A stretch of DNA of 64,000 nucleotides from an uncultured delta proteobacterium (GCA_963833025.1 CAWHWI010000005.1:176644-240643); one strand, 5' to 3'; shown: positions 18,093 to 26,505, counted from the stretch's first letter. Program-made: numbers and translations. The notes: a model not told the origin generated them from the letters alone.

Positions 18093-20039
18093 TTAATCAA
18101 CGGCGGCTTGGGCGCCCGCCAGTTTGCGCGCGTCGTACTCCTGGCGATGAGGCCGCTGCCCACGGCTGGCGGTCTCACGACGTGGCAGCAAACGCGCTGA
18201 ATTCATGATGAAGGTCAGCTCCGACGTGACGTGGATGAACGCCGCGAGCGGAGGACTCAGCAATCCGATCGCGGCCAGTGCGATTCCGACCGCGTCGACC
18301 GCGATCGTGCCCACGAAATTCTGGAAAATTATTTTCCGAGTCCATCGCGAGATCGCCAAAGTCTCGGCAAACTTCTCGAGATCGTTGCCGAGCAGGAGCA
18401 CGTCGGCACTCTCGCGAGCGACGTCCGTACCTGAACCCATCGCGACCCCGACGCTCGCTTCCGCCAACGCCGGCGCGTCGTTGATTCCGTCGCCGACCAT
18501 CGCGACCACGCGCCCACTTGCCACCAGGCTCTTGATTCGCGCGAGTTTCATCTCGGGCAGCAGGCCGGCCTCGATCGCGCCTATTCCCAGCGCCTGCCCA
18601 ACGCTGCGTGCGACAGGTTCGGCGTCGCCGGTCAGAAGAATCGTGCGGATTCCCATGCGATCGAACGCTTCGATAGCGCGCTTCGCTTCGGACCGGATCG
18701 CATCTGCTATGACGATCGCGCCAAGGAACCGCCCTGCCCGCGCGACGAAGACCGCCGGCGCCGCGTCTAAATCCGCGGTGCTGAAAACGTCCACACCCCG
18801 CTCCGTCATCAGCGCGCGAGTGCCGACCACGATCGTCACGCCATCGACAGTCGCGGTAATTCCGCGTCCCGGCTGATAGTCGAACCCGTCCGGCTCCCGG
18901 ATAATCAGGCCGTCCGCGAGCGCGTGCGCAACGATCGCTTTACCCAACGGATGCTCGGAGCGGATCTCCGCCGACGCGGCCGCCTCGATCACCTCCGTCA
19001 GCGAGGCGCCTGCGGCGGGAACCACGTTGGTCACCTCGGGCCGGCCAAAAGTGAGTGTGCCGGTCTTGTCGAGCACTACTGTGTCCACCCGCCCGAGCGT
19101 CTCAAGGTACAGTCCGCCCTTGATGATCGCGCCCAGGCGCGCGGATCGACCGATGCCGCCGAGTATCGCCAGCGGAGTTCCCGCCGCGATGCCGCATGCG
19201 CCGGCCACGATGATGACCGCGATGGTCGAGCGCGCGTCGCGAGTAATCGCGAACGTCAGTACTGCGGCCGTCAACGCGAAGTACACCAGGTACCCGGCCA
19301 ATCGATCCGCCAGCCGTTGCACGGGAGCTTGCGAGCGTTGCGCGTGCTCGACCGCCTCGATGATCTTCCCGTAGCTGGTGTCGCGACCGATTCGATCAGC
19401 GCGAATCTCCAGCGCGCCCGACTGGTTGATCGTGCCGGCGTAAACGACTGCGCCGGGAAGCTTTTCAACCGCCATCCACTCGCCCGTGATCAGCGCCTCA
19501 TCCACGTATGAATGGCCGCCGATCACCACGCCGTCCACCGGCGCCTGCGCGCCCGGATTGACGAGCACGCAATCGCCGACTATCAGCTCGTCGGCCGAGA
19601 TCTCGCGTCCGCCGTCGCCGTGGCGCACGGTCACGGTCCGCGGAATGAAATCCAGCAAGTCGCGGATCGCGCGGCGGCCGCGGGAAACCGTCATGCCCTC
19701 GAGGACCTCGGCCACCAACACAAACAACGTGATGATGAGCGCGGTGAAATACTCCGAGATCGCGGCCGCGGCGACGATCGCGATTGCCATCGACAATTCC
19801 ATCGTCATCCGGCGCGCGGCGATATGCTCGAACGCCTCTTCGAAGATTGGCCAGCCGCCAATCAAAACGCCGGCGACACCGATTACGCTGATATGCGGCA
19901 CCGGCTCCCGTACATGAACCCGCACGGCGACGGCAGCCAGCGCCACCGCGACAATTCTAATGGCTTCGGTCCATCCGAAACTCGGTGCGCCGTCGTGCTC
20001 GTCAGTCCCGACGGAATCAGCTCGCGCCACCTGTTCCAT
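18093..20039 (-). CDS. P1B-type (heavy-metal) P-type ATPase with non-canonical TM metal-site motif and no N-terminal metal-binding domain
   Basis: Start MEQVARAD at 20039. Has TGE, DKTGTLT, the SEHPLG (P1B HP motif), LLTGD and GDGINDAP. The position normally holding CPC reads VAGACGIAAGTP. Confidence 0.9.
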   Translation of the reverse strand: MEQVARADSVGTDEHDGAPSFGWTEAIRIVAVALAAVAVRVHVREPVPHISVIGVAGVLIGGWPIFEEAFEHIAARRMTMELSMAIAIVAAAAISEYFTALIITLFVLVAEVLEGMTVSRGRRAIRDLLDFIPRTVTVRHGDGGREISADELIVGDCVLVNPGAQAPVDGVVIGGHSYVDEALITGEWMAVEKLPGAVVYAGTINQSGALEIRADRIGRDTSYGKIIEAVEHAQRSQAPVQRLADRLAGYLVYFALTAAVLTFAITRDARSTIAVIIVAGACGIAAGTPLAILGGIGRSARLGAIIKGGLYLETLGRVDTVVLDKTGTLTFGRPEVTNVVPAAGASLTEVIEAAASAEIRSEHPLGKAIVAHALADGLIIREPDGFDYQPGRGITATVDGVTIVVGTRALMTERGVDVFSTADLDAAPAVFVARAGRFLGAIVIADAIRSEAKRAIEAFDRMGIRTILLTGDAEPVARSVGQALGIGAIEAGLLPEMKLARIKSLVASGRVVAMVGDGINDAPALAEASVGVAMGSGTDVARESADVLLLGNDLEKFAETLAISRWTRKIIFQNFVGTIAVDAVGIALAAIGLLSPPLAAFIHVTSELTFIMNSARLLPRRETASRGQRPHRQEYDARKLAGAQAAVD

Positions 20040-20053
20040 ACACGACACTGCTC

Positions 20054-20332
20054 CTACTTCAGATACGCCTGAACTACGTCGATCAGTTCCTGTGCGCCTC
20101 GAGCCCGGCTCCGATCGCGATCGCGATTCGGATCGGCGACGTGTGTCCGGATGTGTCCCTCGATAATCTCGGCCATCAGGCTGTTCATCGCGCCGCGCGC
20201 CGCGACCACCAGGTGCAGCACGCTGGCGCATCCCTTCTCGTCTTCGAGTGCCCGCTCGACGGCTTCGATCTGACCGCGGACGCGGCGCACGCGATGGAGC
20301 AGCTTGGCTTTTTCCTGGATCGTATGACTCAT
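20054..20332 (-). CDS. CsoR/RcnR-family metal-sensing transcriptional repressor with RcnR-type H-C-H-H fingerprint
   Basis: 92 aa. MSHTIQEK..., with His3, Cys35, His60 and His64 counted directly. Sits immediately upstream of the ATPase. Confidence 0.9.
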   Translation of the reverse strand: MSHTIQEKAKLLHRVRRVRGQIEAVERALEDEKGCASVLHLVVAARGAMNSLMAEIIEGHIRTHVADPNRDRDRSRARGAQELIDVVQAYLK

Positions 20333-20351
20333 CGATGGAACCTCAAATGAT

Positions 20352-20369
20352 TATACCGTAGGGGGTATA
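20352..20369. promoter_or_regulatory. candidate CsoR/RcnR operator: TATACC-GTAGGG-GGTATA (G-tract flanked by inverted AT-rich arms)
   Basis: Lies 20 nt upstream of the repressor start codon. Arms TATACC/GGTATA are perfect inverted repeats around a G5 tract, resembling known CsoR/RcnR type-1 sites. Confidence 0.55.
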
Positions 20370-20418
20370 GTATGTACCAGAAATACGACCCCAATCAACC
20401 AGGCATTGCAATCCGCTC

Positions 20419-21901
20419 TCAGAGCGAGTTCAGCACGGATGCGAAGCGGCGGATGCCTTCCGTGATTTGCTTTTCCGGCAGCGACGCGTAGCCCAGCAGC
20501 AGCCCGACCTGCTTCGGCGGGTTCAGATAGAACGGCGCCACCGGGTACACGCCGACGCCGGCGCGCGCTGCCCGCATCAGCAACTCGCGCGCTCTCGACG
20601 CGGGCAAGTCGCGGATCCACAGCATCAGATGAAGTCCGGCATTGATGCCCGAGATCACGGCGCGTGCGCCCAGGTGACGCTCGATCGCGTCGAGCATCGC
20701 GGCACGGCGCCGTGAATTGCGCGTGCGCGTTCGATGCAGATGCCGTTCGAAGTGGCCTTCGCGAATGAAATCCACCAGTGCGGCCTGCATGAGAGTAGGA
20801 CCGCCGGTGTCCATCAGCGCCTTGACCGAGCGGATCGGCTCGACCAGCCGCTCCGGAAGAATCATGTATCCCAGCCGGATCGACGGGAACATCACTTTCG
20901 AGAACGTCGCCGCGTATAGCACGCATCCGCTGTTATCGAGCGCGGCGAGTGCCTCGATGGGCCGGGCCCGAGTAGCGATACTCGCTGTCGTAGTCGTCCT
21001 CGAAGACGCAGGCGCCGGAACGCCGCGCCCACGCCAGCAGCTCGAGCCGTCGTCCCAGCGGCATCACCGCGCCAGTGGGAAACTGATGCGAGGGAGTCAC
21101 GATGGCGAGGCGGCTGAGCGCGCGCCGATCCGCGAGTTCGCCGGTGCGCAGCCCATGCTCGTCCACCGCGATCGTTTCGATCTTCGCGCCCGCCGCTCTC
21201 ATCACGGTGCGCGCCCCACGATAGTGCGGTTCTTCCATCAACACGACGTCGCCGGGATCGACGAGCACGCGCGCCGCCAGGTCAAGCGCCTGTTGCGAGC
21301 CGTTGACCACCAAGACTTGTTCCGGGGTGCATGCAATCGCGCGCGCGCGGCTGGCGTACTCGGCGATCGCCTCACGCAGCGCGGGCAATCCTTCGGGCGG
21401 CCCGTAGTCGAGATCGCGAATCGTGACCCGCCGCGCCCGCCGCGCAACCAGCCGGCACCATGTTTCGTGCGGGAAATCGGTGAACGACGGCGGACCGTAC
21501 CGAAAATCATACGACAGCACGTCGCGCCGCGGCTCCCACGTGAACTGCAGACCACCCGATGCCTCGCGCACGCGGCGTGCATACGCCGACAGATGCACGG
21601 GCGAGGGCGTCCGCGCTTCTGCTTTTGCTGTCCGCCGGCGCCCGGCGAAAGTCGTCAGATGGTGCGGCAGTTCGCGCGCGACAAACGTGCCCGCGCCCAT
21701 CCTGGCCGTCAGGTAGCCTTCGTCGAGCAGTTGTCGATACGCCATTATCGCGACGTTGCGCGAAACTCCCAATTCGAGCGCAAGGTCGCGCGTGGCAGGT
21801 ACGCGCGCGGCCGCCGCCAGGCGCCCGTTGAGAATATTGCCTCTCAGCGCCCGGTAGATCTGATCGTACAGAGCGCCGTCCCCATCGAGCTTCAGGAACA
21901 T
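20419..21901 (-). pseudogene. MocR/GabR-type regulator (GntR wHTH + PLP aminotransferase-like domain) interrupted by a +1 frameshift
   Basis: ORFs 20933..21901 and 20419..20922 are the two halves. Deleting one C from the run at about 20962-20969 turns ...EDDYDSEYRYSGPAHRGTRRAR* into ...YRYSGRPIEALAALDNSGCVLYAATFSKVMFPSIRLGY, the canonical MocR sequence including the PLP-Lys motif. Confidence 0.8.
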
Positions 21902-21947
21902 CCGCGCACCTCTCGAAAATGACCGTACTACGCATGCATCGACGGAG

Positions 21948-21996
21948 AAAGTGGATCCTTAATTAATTCCTAAAGTGGAACTATCAGGAGTCCACT
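21948..21996. promoter_or_regulatory. three AGTGGA motifs (two direct AAAGTGGA at 21948 and 21972, one inverted at 21991-21996) in the divergent promoter region
   Basis: Read directly. The arrangement (two direct repeats about 24 bp apart plus an inverted copy) resembles binding sites described for MocR-family regulators. Confidence 0.4.
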
Positions 21997-22025
21997 CGCG
22001 TCCGCCCGCGAGCGCATGATGCTCC

Positions 22026-22439
22026 ATGGACGCAATCGAACAAATCAGCCGCGACATGCTTCCATTCGCGAAGCTGCTCGGAATCAGGTTCCTGACCGCG
22101 ACCCCGGAATTCGTGACGGCGGAGATGAAAGTTCGCGAGGACATGTGCACGCGTCCCGCGGTACTGCATGGCGGCGCGATGATGGCGCTCGCGGATACGC
22201 TCGGCGCCTGCGCGACGTCGCTGAATCTGCGCGATGGCGCGACCACCACCACGCTCGAATCGAAGACCAACTTCATTGCGCCCGCGATGGCCGGCACCAC
22301 TGTGCGTGCGGAGTGCCTCGCGATTCATCGTGGCCGGCGCACGATGGTCTGGCAGACGCGGGTCACGTCGGAGAACGGCAAGCTGCTCGCGATAGTCACG
22401 CAAACGCAGATGGTCATCTCGAGCGAGCCCAAAAAATGA
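22026..22439 (+). CDS. PaaI-family hotdog thioesterase
   Basis: 137 aa. NxxGxLHGG-type motif (AVLHGGAMMALADTLG) and the length match the PaaI/4HBT class II family. Confidence 0.85.
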   Translation: MDAIEQISRDMLPFAKLLGIRFLTATPEFVTAEMKVREDMCTRPAVLHGGAMMALADTLGACATSLNLRDGATTTTLESKTNFIAPAMAGTTVRAECLAIHRGRRTMVWQTRVTSENGKLLAIVTQTQMVISSEPKK

Positions 22440-22472
22440 TCGCAAACGTTTAGCATGGAATGGATGAAGACG

Positions 22473-23147
22473 ATGAAGCTCTATTACTCGCCGCTCAGCG
22501 TGTACAGCGCCAAACCGAGAATCGCGATGTTCGAAAAGGCAATCGCGCACGAGACCCGGCTCGTCAACTGGACGCCCGCCACCGGATGGATCAAGCCCGA
22601 GGAACTGCCGCGCCTCAATCCCAAGGCGCAGATTCCGGTGGTCGTCGACGGCGACGCCGTGATTTCCGACTCGACCATCATCCTCGAATACCTCGACGAG
22701 CGCGTTCCCAAGACGCCGCTGTTCCCCACCGGCGCCGCCGAGCGCGCGCGATGCAGAATCCTCGAGGATCTCGGCGACACTCTCCTCGCGCCCAACCTCG
22801 GCGTGCTAGTGCGTGAGGTGCTGTTGAAGCCCGACGCTTCGGCGCGAGATACCGCCGCGATGGCGCAAACCAAGGCCGAGCTTGCGCGCCAGTATCAGCG
22901 ACTCGATCGCGAGCTCGCGACGCGCGAGTATCTGTGCGGCAATTTCAGCGTCGCCGACATCTCGTGCTTCTCGCCTATCAACATCGCGTCCTTGATGGAG
23001 GGCGCGCCGTCGCCGGAGTTCGCCAACCTGTCGAGCTGGCTGTCGCGGATGCGCAATCGCCCGAGCGTGTCGCGCTACCTGGCCGAGTTCGCCGACGCTA
23101 CCGCGCCGCTGCGAGCATCGGCCCCGGCAGCCGCCGCTCACGCATAG
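22473..23147 (+). CDS. glutathione S-transferase family protein
   Basis: MKLYYSPLSVYS..., QIPVVVDGDAVISDSTIILEYL (thioredoxin-like N-domain) plus a helical C-domain. Alternative starts at 22455 and 22464. Confidence 0.85.
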   Translation: MKLYYSPLSVYSAKPRIAMFEKAIAHETRLVNWTPATGWIKPEELPRLNPKAQIPVVVDGDAVISDSTIILEYLDERVPKTPLFPTGAAERARCRILEDLGDTLLAPNLGVLVREVLLKPDASARDTAAMAQTKAELARQYQRLDRELATREYLCGNFSVADISCFSPINIASLMEGAPSPEFANLSSWLSRMRNRPSVSRYLAEFADATAPLRASAPAAAAHA

Positions 23148-23191
23148 TGATACCGGAGGTTGCCCCGACGCCGCCGCCGTTCAATGATCCA

Positions 23192-23824
23192 ATGCCTATG
23201 GCGGCTCTCCTTGTCGATGGACCAGAGACGGCGGCGAAATCTTTCTTGTTTGCGCATGGCGCCGGAGCGCCGATGGATTCGCCGTTCATGCAGCGCGTCG
23301 CCGAAGGAGTCGCAGCGTCCGGCGTTCGGGTGATCCGCTTCGAATTTCCATACATGCAACGGCGGAGGGAAACCGGCAAGGGCCGCGCGCCGGATCCTCC
23401 GCGCGTTCTGGTGCAATCTTTCCGCGAGATGATCGACGCGCAAGGTGACGGACGCCGCCTAGCGATCGGCGGTAAATCGATGGGCGGGCGGATCGCGAGC
23501 ATGGTCGCGGATGACGCCGCCGTTCTCGGCGTCGTTTGCCTCGGCTACCCGTTTCATCCGCCGGGCAAGCCCGAGAAAATTCGGACTAAGCATCTCGAAA
23601 CTCTGCGGACGCCGACGTTGATACTTCAGGGCACGCGCGATACCTTCGGCCGCCCCGAAGAAGTCGCCGGTTACAACCTATCGCCCGCGATCCGCGTCGA
23701 GTGGCTCGACGATGGCGACCACTCCTTCAAGCCGCGTGCTCGCAGCGGCCGCACCGAAGCTGACAATGTCCGCGCGGCTATAGCACTCGTCGCCGAGTTC
23801 ATAGCCACCCTTGAGGGCGGCTAG
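23192..23824 (+). CDS. alpha/beta hydrolase (KANL3/Tex30-like, dienelactone-hydrolase fold)
   Basis: FLFAHGAGAPMDSPFM, nucleophile elbow GGKSMGGR, and a C-terminal DGDHSF. An alternative GTG start at 23147 overlaps the GST stop codon. Confidence 0.8.
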   Translation: MPMAALLVDGPETAAKSFLFAHGAGAPMDSPFMQRVAEGVAASGVRVIRFEFPYMQRRRETGKGRAPDPPRVLVQSFREMIDAQGDGRRLAIGGKSMGGRIASMVADDAAVLGVVCLGYPFHPPGKPEKIRTKHLETLRTPTLILQGTRDTFGRPEEVAGYNLSPAIRVEWLDDGDHSFKPRARSGRTEADNVRAAIALVAEFIATLEGG

Positions 23825-24180
23825 TTGTTCTCAGTCCGATTCGGCCCGGAATCCCTGGAAGACACTCTGGCGCGATCGACGCTGTAATGCTGCGTCTCAT
23901 TCCGCTCGGCGCTGGCGCGATACTGATTGCGATCGCGATCTACGTCAGCCCGCGCTGCGTTGCGAGGACCTACATAGTAGGTATTTCCATATCTCTGCGG
24001 ATATGAATATCCAGTGCGGTAACCACTGTAAGGATAGGAGCTTCCATAGCTGCTATAACTGCTGTTGTAGCCGTTCGAATAATAACCTCCGCCTCCGCCG
24101 CCATAACATCCGGCCGCGACGGTCGCAATCAGGACTCCGCCCAATGTCATTACCAATGTTCGTGACTTAGTCGCTTTCAT
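23821..24180 (-). CDS. small lipoprotein with Gly/Tyr/Ser-rich low-complexity segment
   Basis: Start at ATG 24180 with GAGGTAGG upstream. Lipobox VAAGC, followed by YGGGGGGYYSNGYNSSYSSYGSSYPYSGYRTGYSYPQRYGNTYY. Confidence 0.6.
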   Translation of the reverse strand: MKATKSRTLVMTLGGVLIATVAAGCYGGGGGGYYSNGYNSSYSSYGSSYPYSGYRTGYSYPQRYGNTYYVGPRNAARADVDRDRNQYRASAERNETQHYSVDRARVSSRDSGPNRTENN

Positions 24181-24190
24181 ATACCTACCT

Positions 24191-24586
24191 CTAGGATTCG
24201 CGAGCGTCCTTGATGGACGCTTCTGTTTTTGATGAGGTCCCGCGGGCCTTTCGTGCTTCGATCTTCGCGGCTTCTGTCGCTGCCGCGTTTGCACGATCGG
24301 ATCCACCGTCGCCGTAGTGCCATACATGGAGACTGTCAGTATCTCCGATTTCGCCGCGCGTCGACGCGTAGTTGTCAGTCCATTCCGGATGATGCGAAAT
24401 GACCCAGTTGTGCTGGTTCTGCAGCCACCAGCCGGCGTCATGCCATTGCTGGTGATTGTCATAGTCGCCCCACGCCTTCTGCCACGGCCTCGCCGAGGCC
24501 GGTGCTGCCAGTGTCACGATCATTGCGCCAACCGCAGCGGCCGCAGCCAGAGTGTTCCGGAAAGAACGGAAACGAGGTCGTCCCAT
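24191..24586 (-). CDS. small secreted Trp/His-rich hypothetical protein
   Basis: Start at ATG 24586 with GAGGGAGA upstream. Signal peptide RFRSFRNTLAAAAAVGAMIVTLAAPASA, then WQKAWGDYDNHQQWHDAGWWLQNQHNWVISHHPEW. Confidence 0.55.
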   Translation of the reverse strand: MGRPRFRSFRNTLAAAAAVGAMIVTLAAPASARPWQKAWGDYDNHQQWHDAGWWLQNQHNWVISHHPEWTDNYASTRGEIGDTDSLHVWHYGDGGSDRANAAATEAAKIEARKARGTSSKTEASIKDARES

Positions 24587-24845
24587 TGGGGTCTCCCTCA
24601 AGCCTTCGTGTCTCACAATTGAGGTTGGTCTAGCGGAGCGTGGTCAAAGGCGAGCAGAAGGGCCACAGGTCGGGCTGGATCAAAGTCGGGCTCGATTCGT
24701 TTTAGGATTCCGACGAATCCAAGTTTATCTCTATTACTAGAATCATGTCAAATTAGCTCGGCTAATTAGCTAATGAGTATATAGTGAGTATAGCCAGTCT
24801 CGATGGCTTTTCAGATTGACCACTATCGCTGGAGTAATAAGTTAG

Positions 24846-24959
24846 CCGGGATTCGGCGTTATCGAAAATGGACGGGTGCTCGAGTCAGGTTCTCACCAGC
24901 AGTTGATCGCGCATGAAGGACGCTACGCCGTCTGGCGCTCAGCACAAAACCCTCAGTGA
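24846..24959 (+). pseudogene. 3'-terminal remnant of an ABC-exporter ATPase gene
   Basis: Translates to PGFGVIENGRVLESGSHQQLIAHEGRYAVWRSAQNPQ*, the characteristic extreme C-terminus of ABC ATPase domains. An in-frame stop lies immediately upstream (24843-24845), followed by AT-rich DNA, so the rest of the gene is absent. Confidence 0.55.
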
Positions 24960-25126
24960 ACGCCCTCCTGAAGAAATGATCTGATCATTTTGCTCAGCTT
25001 CGTGTGAAGGATGTCGAACGGATGGCTATCGATTCTGGCAAAGTCCCGACGTGCAGCCTTGTTTGAAGCCGGCCTCGCGATAGGTTCCTAGGTGGTCGAA
25101 CTCGCCGCGCGCAGTTGGAGTAGCGA

Positions 25127-26194
25127 TCAGCGGCAGGCGGCTCGGGTTGCGGCTGCAATTGCGCCGATGTGCTCGGGGTTAACGAAGCCCCACACTTCCT
25201 TGGGCGTGCGGCCGTTGACCAGGTCACGCCGGTAGCTGAAGCAACCCAGGTACAGCGGCCGTATGTACATTACCGCCTCGAGCCGCTCGAGCTCGTCGTC
25301 GGTCAACTCGACGTGCTGGCGGTACGCGCCTACGGCCAGATTGATCCAGTCCGCGTTGCGCCAGGTGCCCCACATAAGCCACGCAAAGTCCGCCAGGCGC
25401 GGGCCGCGCCCGGCCGCCTTCCAGTTGATCGCCACCGGCCCTTGCTCGGCCATGATCACGTGATCCGGGGCGTGGAGCAGGTTGCCGTGCAGCAACGCCT
25501 CCGGCAGGCCCTGGCCGTCGTCGGCCGAGCGCACCCGGTCGCGGAGCCGCTCGAATCGCTCGCGGTCGGCCGGAGCGACCTTCGTCTGGACCGCGTCGAG
25601 GAACGCGAGGGCCGCCATCAGGTCCTGACGCGGACTGCCCTCGCGGCTGGGATCGTCCCCGCTCGCCCCACCGGGGCGGCTGACGGACTCGTCGAACGGC
25701 AGGGTATGCAGCCGTCCGAGCAGGTCACCCATGATGGCGAACTTCTCGCTGCCCTCGTGTCCGACGGCCACGGGAAGCGGCCCGCCGCGGACGAATCGAG
25801 TGACGAGGACGGTCGAGCCGTCGAACGCCGACACCGCTTCGTCGGTCGCGAGCCGCTCCGCCGGGTAGTCGTGCCGCTCCAGGAACCGCAGGATCGCGGC
25901 ATCGCCTTCGACCCCGGCCCGCGGGCGGGCCGGCGAGAACGCGCGCGCAATCCACGGGTCGCCGTCGCAGCGGTCAACGCGAAAGACGTGGTCATGATGC
26001 TGACTGGCCTTCGTCGCGGCGACCGCGTCGATGCCGTAGTGATCCCGGAGATGGGCGACCAGACGCTCACCGACGGGCTGGTGAAACATCCGGGCCTGGA
26101 GCCCTTCAAGGTCGGTAAGCGCTTCAGTGTAGCGCTGACCGGTGTCGTGCGCATGGCGCCGGACAACCTTCTTGAAACTGCCGTGCTTGGTCAT
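25127..26194 (-). CDS. APH/CotS-fold phosphotransferase-family protein, probably catalytically inactive
   Basis: ATG at 26194 with GGAGG 7 nt upstream. Kinase-like fold, but LLHGNLLHAPD replaces HGDxxxxN and AINW replaces IDW. Confidence 0.8.
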   Translation of the reverse strand: MTKHGSFKKVVRRHAHDTGQRYTEALTDLEGLQARMFHQPVGERLVAHLRDHYGIDAVAATKASQHHDHVFRVDRCDGDPWIARAFSPARPRAGVEGDAAILRFLERHDYPAERLATDEAVSAFDGSTVLVTRFVRGGPLPVAVGHEGSEKFAIMGDLLGRLHTLPFDESVSRPGGASGDDPSREGSPRQDLMAALAFLDAVQTKVAPADRERFERLRDRVRSADDGQGLPEALLHGNLLHAPDHVIMAEQGPVAINWKAAGRGPRLADFAWLMWGTWRNADWINLAVGAYRQHVELTDDELERLEAVMYIRPLYLGCFSYRRDLVNGRTPKEVWGFVNPEHIGAIAAATRAACR

Positions 26195-26505
26195 GGACAA
26201 GCCTCCTCTTTATACCCTCGTCCCCCAGCGACGCGGCATTAAGAGATGGCCTGGACATCGACAACCGTGAGGGCACTTCCCCTTCGCCAATGGAACCCCG
26301 GCTGGGGCGGATGTTCCAAAGCTCGGCGACCGGTCGGCGCCGTGGTGCCATTCTTCCCGACCACTCTCGCTCGCGTCAAGTGCTGCACTAGACGTACGCC
26401 GCAAACCGCGTCGGCATCTTGCGCAGAGCGAAGCGGTAGGGGCTTCGGCGCCAGGGATATCACTCAACGCTGATATCGGTCCGCGACGCTGCCAGGGAGA
26501 AAAAA

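Noticed and set aside
25089-25112. Possible att-type direct repeat of the tRNA-Gly 3' end (GGTCGAAC shared with 26523-26530)
   Set aside because: Only an 8-mer is shared and the flanking bases do not match. No integrase is nearby, so it is not distinguishable from chance.
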